From an uncultured Solirubrobacterales bacterium (GTDB lineage Bacteria; Actinomycetota; Thermoleophilia; Solirubrobacterales; 70-9), in NCBI GenBank assembly GCA_963817065.1, contig CAWFMO010000002.1, positions 559,745 through 623,744 of the forward strand: a stretch of DNA of 64,000 bases, given 5' to 3'. The position numbers and the translations under genes are program-made. Shown here piece by piece: positions 1 to 7,600 of this stretch. The notes beneath the pieces were generated by a model. That model had not been told where the DNA came from and did no database searches. It worked only from the letters and a program-made list of their open reading frames with translations. Position 1 is the stretch's first letter. Every line of letters starts with the position of its first letter.

Positions 1-697
1 GCTCCTCGGGTGCCTGCTCCTGCGCGGGCTCGCCGGTCGGCTCGTCCTCGGAGGGCTGCTCCTCGGCGTCTTTGCCGGCCGATTCTTCCTCCGGCTTCTC
101 TTCGGCCGTCGGCTCCTCGGCCTGCTCAGCGGGAGCTTCCTCGGCCGGCGCCTCCGGCTCGGCGGCCGGGGCCTCGCCGGTGACCAGGCCCTGGTCGGCG
201 ATCTGCTTGAGCTGCTGCGCGAATCCCGAGATCATCGAGCCGAGGCCGCGGACGAGGCCGGTGATCGGGCTCGCGACCATGCCCGCGATCTGGGCGTTCA
301 TCTGGTCGCGGCCGGGGAGCTTGGCGATCGCCTTGAACTGGTCGGGCTCGAGCACCTCGCCCTCCATCAGGCCGCCCTTGTAGGTGAGCACCTCGTATTC
401 GGATCCGAGCTTGGTGATCGTCTTGGCGGCGAGCGCGACGTCGCCCTTGACCAGCGCCAGTGCGGTCGGGCCCTCGAGCCATTCCTTGAGCGACTCGGTG
501 CCGGCGTCGTCGGCGGCCCGCAGCGTGAGCCGGTTCTTGACCACGCGGAAACGCGCGTCGGCCTCGCGGAGCTGGGCGCGGAGCTCGGCGGCCTGCGGGA
601 CGCTGATCCCCCGGTAGTCGACGGCGAAGATCGCCTCGGACTCGGAGAGCTCCTTCGAGAGCTCCGCGACTACGGCTTCTTTCTGGTCTCTTTTCAC
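1..697 (-). CDS. rplJ: 50S ribosomal protein L10, partial (3' end runs off window), with long acidic Glu/Pro/Ala-rich C-terminal extension
   Basis: Own minus-strand translation from GTG at 695-697 gives VKRDQKEAVVAELSKELSESEAIFAVDYRGISVPQAAELRAQLREADARFRVVKNRLTLRAA...GMVASPITGLVRGLGSMISGFAQQLKQIADQG, then a PAAEPEAPAEEAPAEQAEEP... tail. It sits downstream of rplK-rplA. It is absent from the ORF track because it is open at the window edge. Confidence 0.85.
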   Translation of the reverse strand, partial: MKRDQKEAVVAELSKELSESEAIFAVDYRGISVPQAAELRAQLREADARFRVVKNRLTLRAADDAGTESLKEWLEGPTALALVKGDVALAAKTITKLGSEYEVLTYKGGLMEGEVLEPDQFKAIAKLPGRDQMNAQIAGMVASPITGLVRGLGSMISGFAQQLKQIADQGLVTGEAPAAEPEAPAEEAPAEQAEEPTAEEKPEEESAGKDAEEQPSEDEPTGEPAQEQAPEE

Positions 698-824
698 GGT
701 GTCGGACTACCTTGGTGACCGCGCGGGCGGGCGCGGACATGGCCGTCCGGCACCACCTGCACCGGACTTGCGGGCCTTGCGCTGCGTGCGGCCCCGCCGG
801 TGGTCTTTGGCAGAGCGCGAAAGC
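698..824 (-). promoter_or_regulatory. Putative structured L10 (rplJ) leader
   Basis: 127-nt untranslated gap directly upstream of the rplJ GTG. Nested complementary segments on the minus strand: CACCGG...CCGGTG enclosing GGGCC...GGCCC. The position matches where L10 autoregulatory leaders occur. No covariance model was run. Confidence 0.3.
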
Positions 825-2051
825 TTACTGCTTGAGCTTGTTCTTGCCCGCGCCGCCCTTGAGCAGGTCCGATTCGCCGCCGCCGCGCAAGAGGTCGCGG
901 CCGCCGCTGCCGACCAGGATGTCGGCCGCCTTGCCGCCGGAGAGCTTGTCGTTCCCGGGGCCGCCGAAGATCCGGTCCTTGCCCGAGCCTCCGGTCAGCC
1001 GGTCGTTTCCGTTGCCGCCGCAGATCCGATCCTGTCCGCCGAGGCCGGCGATCCGGTCGTTGCCCGCGAAGGCGACGATCACGTCGGGGCCCTTGGTTCC
1101 TCGCAGCACGTCATCGCCGAGCGTGCCGACGATGTTGGCGCGCTGCTTCGAGCACTCCTGGAAGGGCTGGTAGTCGGGGTTCGTGTCGTCGGCGGAGCTG
1201 ACGACCGTGATCGGGAACTGGTTCGCGCCGTTGACGCTCATCGTGTAGATGTCGAGGTTGAGATTCGAGCGGGCGCTCGAGAAGGCGATCTCATCTCCCG
1301 TGCGCGAGAACGCCGGGTCGGAGTCGTTGACGGTCGTGGCGGCGGTCAGATTTGCGAGGAAGGCGCCGGCCGAGGTCGCGAGCAGGATGTCCTCGTCGCC
1401 TCCCTGGACTCCGGTGTAGGCGATCTGCGTCCCGTCGGGCGAGTAGTCGGGCTCGGATTGGCTGTCGGGCCCGGCGATCAGGCTCGAGAGCCCCGAGCCG
1501 TCCACGCCCATCGTGAAGATGTCCTCGTCGCCGGCAGGGCTCGTGCGGCTGAAGGCGATCGTCTTGCCGTCGGGGGAGAAGGTCGGGTCGGAATCCGCCA
1601 GCAGGTAGCCCGCGGTCAGATTGACGAGGTCGGTGCCGTCGGTGTCGACGGCGAATACGTCGCGCGTCGGCCCCTGGCCGCGGGTGAACGCGATCCGCTT
1701 GCCGTCGGGCGAGAACGCCGGCTCGCCGTCGTTGCCGCCGGAGGGGGTGATCGCGACCGGGTCCGAGCCGTCGGCGTTGATCAGCACGATGTCGGTGTCG
1801 CCCCCGAGCTTGCTCGTCAACGCGATCCGCCTGCCCTCGGGCGAGTAGACCGGCTCGGTGTTCAGGGCGCCGAAGCTCGAGGAGATGTTGGTCGGGTTCT
1901 CGCCGAAGATGCTGACCACGAACACGTCCGCCTCGCCCGCCGCGTAGGCGAGCTGTCCCTGCTTGCCGGGAGGGAAGGCCGCCTGGCTCTGCGCGGCGAA
2001 GAGCAGCGAGCCCGTGACCAGCGCGATCGCCGCCGCGCTGATGCGGGCCAC
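825..2051 (-). CDS. Secreted TolB-like (PD40) beta-propeller protein with C-terminal RTX/hemolysin-type Ca-binding nonapeptide repeats
   Basis: - Signal peptide MARISAAAIALVTGSLLFAAQSQA.
- Repeated xSPDGxxIAF motifs (YSPEGRRIAL, FSPDGKRIAF, FSPDGKTIAF, YSPDGTQIAY).
- C-terminal GGxGxD repeats (GNDRIAGLGGQDRICGGNGNDRLTGGSGKDRIFGGPGNDKLSGG...).
- GTG start lies 1 nt after the rplA stop. Confidence 0.85.
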   Translation of the reverse strand: MARISAAAIALVTGSLLFAAQSQAAFPPGKQGQLAYAAGEADVFVVSIFGENPTNISSSFGALNTEPVYSPEGRRIALTSKLGGDTDIVLINADGSDPVAITPSGGNDGEPAFSPDGKRIAFTRGQGPTRDVFAVDTDGTDLVNLTAGYLLADSDPTFSPDGKTIAFSRTSPAGDEDIFTMGVDGSGLSSLIAGPDSQSEPDYSPDGTQIAYTGVQGGDEDILLATSAGAFLANLTAATTVNDSDPAFSRTGDEIAFSSARSNLNLDIYTMSVNGANQFPITVVSSADDTNPDYQPFQECSKQRANIVGTLGDDVLRGTKGPDVIVAFAGNDRIAGLGGQDRICGGNGNDRLTGGSGKDRIFGGPGNDKLSGGKAADILVGSGGRDLLRGGGESDLLKGGAGKNKLKQ

Positions 2052-2052
2052 G

Positions 2053-2802
2053 TCAGCCGGCTGGGACCGGCTCGGCGTCCTCGGCGGGGGCTGCCCCGCC
2101 GAGAATCTCCGCGGCGCGCGTGCGCCCCGGGTCCACCCTTATCCCTGGCCCCATCGTGGTCGTGAGCGTGAGCGAGAGCAGGTAGCGCCCCTTCGCCGCC
2201 GCGGGCTTCGCCCGGATCAGCTCCTCGATCACGGCGGCGTAGTTCTCGAGCAGCGCTCGCTCGTCGAAGCTGGTGCGCCCGATCGTCAGGTGGATGATCG
2301 CCTGCTTGTCGGTCCGGTACTCGACTTTGCCCGCCTTGGCCTCGCCGACGGCCTTGGCGATGTCGTCGGTGACGGTGCCGACCTTCGGGTTCGGCATCTT
2401 GCCCTGCGGGCCGAGCACCCGGCCGAGCTTGCCGACCTCGGGCATCAGCGCCGGGGTCGAGATCGCGACGTCGAAGTCGGTCCAGCCCTCCTCGACCTTC
2501 GCGGCGAGGTCGCCGGCGCCGACGAAGTCCGCGCCGGCCTCCTCGGCCGCGCGCGCCTGCTCGCCCTCGGCGAAGACGGCGACCGAAACGTTCTTGCCGA
2601 GCCCGGCGGGAAGCGCGAGCGTGCCGCGCAGCTGCTCCTCGGCGTGGCGGACGTTGACGCCGAGCCGAGCGTGGAGCTCGACCGACTCGTCGAAGTTCGC
2701 GGTCGCGCTGTGCTTGACCAGCGAGACGGCCTCGGCGGGCATGTAGGGCCGGCCGGGCTCGATCTTCTCGCGCAGCTCGCGGTAGCGCTTGCTCCTCGCC
2801 AT
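2053..2802 (-). CDS. rplA: 50S ribosomal protein L1
   Basis: 249-aa ORF: [20 protein letters not shown]...DESVELHARLGVNVRHAEEQLRGTLALP...GPQGKMPNPKVGTVT, a typical L1. Follows rplK with an ATGA-type overlap. Confidence 0.97.
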   Translation of the reverse strand: MARSKRYRELREKIEPGRPYMPAEAVSLVKHSATANFDESVELHARLGVNVRHAEEQLRGTLALPAGLGKNVSVAVFAEGEQARAAEEAGADFVGAGDLAAKVEEGWTDFDVAISTPALMPEVGKLGRVLGPQGKMPNPKVGTVTDDIAKAVGEAKAGKVEYRTDKQAIIHLTIGRTSFDERALLENYAAVIEELIRAKPAAAKGRYLLSLTLTTTMGPGIRVDPGRTRAAEILGGAAPAEDAEPVPAG

Positions 2803-3233
2803 CAGTCCAGCCCCTCGACCTCGACGCCCATCGAGCGGGCGGTGCCGGCGATGATCTTGTCGGCGGCGTCGAGGTCGTTGGCGTTCAGGTCGGGCATCTT
2901 GCGCTCCGCGATCTGGCGCACCTGGGCGGCGTTGATCTTGCCGACCTTCTCGACGTGGGGCTCGCCGGAGCCCTTATCGATCCCTGCGGCCTCCTTGATC
3001 AGCACGGCGGCCGGCGGGGTCTTGGTGATGAAGGTGAACGAGCGGTCCTCGAAGACCGTGATCTCGACCGGGATGATCGTCCCGGTGTCGGCCTGCGTCT
3101 CGGCGTTGAACGCCTTGCAGAACTCCATGATGTTGACCCCGTGCTGGCCCAGCGCGGGACCGACCGGGGGCGCCGGGTTGGCCGCCCCGGCGGGGATCTG
3201 AAGCTTGATCTTTGTCAGCTCTTTCTTCGCCAT
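2802..3233 (-). CDS. rplK: 50S ribosomal protein L11
   Basis: 143-aa ORF: [43 protein letters not shown]..., a canonical L11. Confidence 0.97.
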   Translation of the reverse strand: MAKKELTKIKLQIPAGAANPAPPVGPALGQHGVNIMEFCKAFNAETQADTGTIIPVEITVFEDRSFTFITKTPPAAVLIKEAAGIDKGSGEPHVEKVGKINAAQVRQIAERKMPDLNANDLDAADKIIAGTARSMGVEVEGLD

Positions 3234-3247
3234 CGTGCCGAGGGTAG

Positions 3248-3769
3248 CTAGATCTTCTTGACCTGGTCGTAGTTGACCTCGACCGGCGTCTCGCGGCCGA
3301 AGATCGAGACCAGGACCTTGAGCTTCGCCGCGTCCTCGTTGATCTCGGCGATCTCGCCGGAGAAGTCGGCGAGCGGGCCGGAGATCACCTTCACCGACTC
3401 GCCGATCGAGAACTGGGCCTGGGTGCGGGGGCGCTCGGCGGACTCGCGGTGCAGGAGCCGGTCGACCTCGGGCTTCGAGAGCGCGACGGGCTTGTTTCGC
3501 GAGCCGACGAATCCGGTGACGCCGGGCGTGTTCTTGACCAGCCCCCAGGAGTCGTCGGTCATCTCCATGTTGACGAGCACGTAGCCGGGCATCGTGCGCT
3601 TCTCCTTGGTCTCCTTCTGCCCGTCCTTCATCTCCGAGACCTGCTCGGTCGGGACGACGACCTGGCGCACGTTGCGCTCCTGGCTCATCGAGTGCACGCG
3701 GTGCTCGAGGTTCTGTTTGACCTTGTTCTCGTGCCCGGAGTAGGTGTTGATGACGTACCAGCGAAACAT
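3248..3769 (-). CDS. nusG: Transcription termination/antitermination factor NusG
   Basis: 173-aa ORF: [25 protein letters not shown] (NGN domain) and a C-terminal KOW ([22 protein letters not shown]). Shows secE-nusG-rplK synteny. Confidence 0.95.
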   Translation of the reverse strand: MFRWYVINTYSGHENKVKQNLEHRVHSMSQERNVRQVVVPTEQVSEMKDGQKETKEKRTMPGYVLVNMEMTDDSWGLVKNTPGVTGFVGSRNKPVALSKPEVDRLLHRESAERPRTQAQFSIGESVKVISGPLADFSGEIAEINEDAAKLKVLVSIFGRETPVEVNYDQVKKI

Positions 3770-3792
3770 TCAGAGTTCTCCCGTTCGGTCTC

Positions 3793-4182
3793 TTAGAGGA
3801 CTTGCTTGACGAGCCAGTTGAATGCGGCGTCGAGGGCGCCGAGGTAGGCGGCCATCACGGCGACGAAGATCAGGGTGACGGCCGAGGCCTGGACGAGCGT
3901 GTCGCGATCGGGCCACTGGACCTTCTTGAGCTCGGCCCAGCAGGAGATCAGGAAGCCGATCACGGCGCCGCGGCGGCGCTCCTCGACCGGGGCGTCCTTG
4001 CGCATCTTGGCCTGCGACTCGAGCTGCTTGCGCTCGCGCTCCTTCTCGGCCTTGCGCTCGGCGCGCTGCTCGCGGCGCGACTTCTTCTGCGGCTCGGCCG
4101 GCGTCGGGGTGTCGGCGCGCGAGGGCGCCGGCGCCGCGGGTACCTCGGCCGGGGAGTCGGGCGGCGCGGACTGGGTCTCCAT
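3793..4182 (-). CDS. secE: Preprotein translocase subunit SecE (start uncertain; upstream coding-like sequence lies in another frame up to 4379)
   Basis: The C-terminus [56 protein letters not shown] is a typical SecE TM segment. Located between rpmG and nusG. The first in-frame ATG is at 4180-4182. See the finding on the frame switch. Confidence 0.8.
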   Translation of the reverse strand: METQSAPPDSPAEVPAAPAPSRADTPTPAEPQKKSRREQRAERKAEKERERKQLESQAKMRKDAPVEERRRGAVIGFLISCWAELKKVQWPDRDTLVQASAVTLIFVAVMAAYLGALDAAFNWLVKQVL

Positions 4183-4378
4183 CGAAGCCTCGAACTCGGC
4201 GACGTCGCCGGAGACCGGGACCTGGGTGTCGTGCTGGGCGTGGGACTCCTGTCGGAGCGCGACTCCTGCTCCGCCCCCTCGGCGGGCTGGGAACGCTGTT
4301 GCCCGGCCTGGCCCTGGCGCTGCTGCTCGGCTTCGCGGGCGCGTTTCTCTGCCTTGCGCTGGGCGCGTGTCTTCGCCA

Positions 4379-4540
4379 CTACCGCGTCTCTTTATGCGGG
4401 GTGTGGCGGCCGCACCAGCGGCAGTACTTGCGCAGCTCGACCCGGTCGGGCGAGTTGCGGCGCGACTTATTCGTCTGGTAGTTGCGGCGCTTGCACTCTT
4501 CACATGCAAGCGTCACGGCGATTCGTACGTCTGAGGCCAT
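4379..4540 (-). CDS. rpmG: 50S ribosomal protein L33
   Basis: Own translation (below the ORF-track size cutoff): [53 protein letters not shown], with the CxxC...CxxC L33 signature. GAGGAGA Shine-Dalgarno sequence upstream. Confidence 0.9.
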   Translation of the reverse strand: MASDVRIAVTLACEECKRRNYQTNKSRRNSPDRVELRKYCRWCGRHTPHKETR

Positions 4541-4592
4541 TTCTCCTCTGCTATCTCACTCGACTGCGGGATCCGACAACGGACCCAACAAG

Positions 4593-4620
4593 AAAAAACC
4601 CCCGGCCAGGCGGCCCGAGG
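4593..4620 (-). terminator. Putative intrinsic terminator after the giant-protein operon
   Basis: Minus strand reads CCTCGGGCCGCCTGGCCGGGGG followed by TTTTTT. This is about 8 bp of stem with one mismatch and a tetraloop, 57 nt downstream of the stop at 4677. Confidence 0.45.
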
Positions 4621-4676
4621 TAGGCGAAGGATAGCGCGCCGCGCGCGCCATCCCCGTCTCCTCTTCTCTCAGCGCG

Positions 4677-7600
4677 CTACTTCTTCTTCTTCTTGCGAAC
4701 GCACTTCTTCTTTTTCTTGCCCTTGACCTTCTTGAGCTTGAAGCCCTTGCGGCACTTCTGCGCGGTTCCGGTTCCGGATCCGGTTCCGGGCGGGTTGGTG
4801 ACCGGCGGGGTCGTTCCGGGCGTCTGGCCGGCGGGCGAGGTGATCAGCCAGCTGTAGGTGTCGGAGCTCTCGCGGTCGAGCTCGTCGGTGCCGCGGACGA
4901 TGAACACGTGCGGCCCGACGCTCAGCCCCGTGTATGCGTGGGCGGTGTTCGAGTCGCAGGCCGCGAACGCCGCGCCGTCGAGCTGGCATTCGACCGTCGC
5001 CAGCGCGTCGTCGACCGTGAACGCGAAGCTGGCGCTGGTCTCGGTCGTCGAGGCCGGCGGCTGGGCCGTGATCGTGACCACCGGGGCCGTCGTGTCGACG
5101 TTCCACTCGTGCTCGTCGGTGCCCACGTTTCCCGCCTCGTCGATCGCGAAGACCGTGAACTCGTGCGGGCCCTCGGAGAGCGCCGTGGCGACCGTGAACG
5201 GGTCGGTACACGGAACCGCGGGGTCGAGATCGACCTTGCACTCGAAGTGGTCGACGTCGCCGGCCGGCGAGCTGAACGTGAACTCGGGCGTCTGGTCGTC
5301 GTCCGGATCGCCCGGCGCCGAGTTGATCGTCACCGGCGGCGCGTCGAGATCGACCGTCCAGGTGTGAGTGTCGCTGGAATCGTTGCCGAGCGCGTCCTCT
5401 CCGCTGACGGTGAAGGTGTGATCGGCGTCGCCGAGACCGGTGAAGTCCTGCGGCGATGTGCAGGGGTTGATCGGCGTCTCGCCGTCGAGCTGGCAGGTGA
5501 CCGTGGCCGGGATGGCGTCGCCGATCGTGAACTCGAAGTGCGCGTTGGTCGAGTTGGTCGGGTCATCCGGCGCGGCGGTGATCTCGATGTCGGCACCGGT
5601 CGTGTCGAGCGCCCAGGTGAAGGCGTCGGCGGGGCCGGTGTTGCCGGCGGCATCGGTCGCCTGGACCTCGAAGGTGTGCGAGCCGTCCCCGGTCACCGGG
5701 AAGGTGTCGCCCGGATCGCAGGCCGCGAACGGGTCGGTGTCGAGTCGGCACTCAAACGTCGCGTTCGGGTCCTCGTCCGAGCTGAAGGTGAACTCGGGCG
5801 CGGTGTCGCTGGAGGGGTCGGTCGGGGTCGGGGGGTCGATCGTCGCGACCGGGGCGGTCTGGTCGACGTCCCATTCGTGGGTGTCCGACCCGGTGTTGGC
5901 GGCGTCATCCGTCGCCCGGACCGTGAACGTGTGCGGGCCCTCACCGACGACCGTGCGGTCCTCCGGGGAGTCGCAGGACGCGAACGCCTCGCCGTCGAGC
6001 GAGCACTCGACATCCGCGCTCGGGTCGTCGACGGTGAACTCGAAGTGGGCGTCGAGCGAGTTGGTCGGGTCGTCGGGGCCGTCCGTGATCACGACCTCCG
6101 GGGTCGCGGCCTCGACGATCCAGGTGAAGGAGTCTTCGCCGAAGTTGCCGGCCTCGTCGTAGACCCTGACCGTGAACGTGTGCTCGCCATCGGCGAGCTC
6201 CGGCGTCACCTCGTGCGGCGAGGAACAGAGCTCGAAGTCGCCGGCATCGATCTGGCACTCGAAGCGGTCGACGTCGCCGTCGGGTGAGGAGAACTCGAAC
6301 TCGGGCGTCGTGTCAGCCGACGGGTCGGTCGGCTGGTCGTCGATCGTCACCGTGGGCGCACCGGTCTCGACCGTCCAGGTGAATGAGGCGGGAGTCGGAT
6401 CGACGTTGCCGAGCGCGTCGGTCGCCTGAACCTCGAAGGTGCGCGAACCGTCGGTCACCGGGAAGCTGTCTCCCGACACGCAGGCCGCGAACGGGTCCGC
6501 GTCGAGCCGGCACTCGAAGGTCGAGTTCGCCTTGTCGGAGCTGAAGAAGAACTCCGGATCGGTGTCGTTCGACGGATCGGTCGGGGTCGGCGGGTCGATC
6601 GTCGTCTCCGGCGCGGCGGTGTCGATCGTCCATTCGTGCGAGAGGCTCGACTCGTTGCCGAGTGCGTCAAACGCGGTCACCGTGAACGTGTGGTCGCCGT
6701 CGGCGACGTCGGTGAAGTCCTGCGGCGAGGCGCAGGGGTCGATCGGCGTCTCCGCGTCGAGCTGGCAGGTGACGGCGACGGCGTCGCCGACCGTGAACTC
6801 GAAGTGGGGATCGTTGGAGTTCGTCGGATCGTCGGGAGCATCCGTGAACTCGATCTCGGAGCCGGTCGTGTCGACCGTCCAGGTGTGGGAGTCGGCACCC
6901 ACGTTGCCGGCCGTGTCGTTGCCGGTGACGACGAAGGTGTGCGAACCGTCGCCGAGGTCCGTGTAGTCCTGCGAGCTGAACGAGTCGCAGGCGACGAACG
7001 CGCCGAGGTCGAGCGAGCACTCGACGCTCTCGAGGTTCAGGTCGCTCGCCGTGAACTCGAAGTGAGCGTCATCCGAGGCGGTGGGATCGTCTGGGGCGTC
7101 GGTGATGTCGACCACGGGGAAGGTGGTGTCGAGCTCCCAGGTGAACGAGTCGGCAGCGCCGACGTTGCCGGGCCCGTCGATCGCCCGGACCTCGAAGGTG
7201 TGGTCGCCTTCCCCGGTGACCGGGAACGTGTCGCCCGAGACGCAGTTAAGGAATGGGTCGGTGTCGAGGCTGCACTCGAAAGTCGCGCTCGGGTCGTTGG
7301 AGCTGAAGAAGAACTCGGGATCCGTGTCGTTCGAGGGATCGGTCGGCGTCGGGGGATCGATCGTCGCGATCGGGGCGGTCAGGTCGACGTTCCAGCTGTG
7401 CGAAGCGAGGGGGCCGGTGTTACCGGCCACGTCGACCGCCCTGACGTCGAAGGTGTGCGGGCCCTCGCCGAGCGCCGGCGTGACCTCGAACGGCGAGCTG
7501 CAGGTGTCGAAGAGGCCGCCGTCGAGGCTGCACTCGAAGCGGTCGACGTCGAGATCGACGGAGCTGAACTGGAACTCGGGCGTCGTGTCGTTGGAGGGAT

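Noticed and set aside
699-3201. Plus-strand ORFs 699..2165 (488 aa), 712..1173, 1963..3201 (412 aa), and minus-strand 126..740
   Set aside because: Their translations are Arg/Gly/Asp/Ala-rich and they lie antisense or out of frame to clearly recognisable genes (rplJ, TolB-like/RTX, rplA, rplK). These are typical high-GC shadow ORFs.
4182-4378. tRNA-Trp expected between rpmG and secE
   Set aside because: I found no cloverleaf-compatible sequence by eye. The region shows a protein-coding third-position GC pattern instead. I could not run tRNAscan, so a degenerate tRNA cannot be formally excluded.
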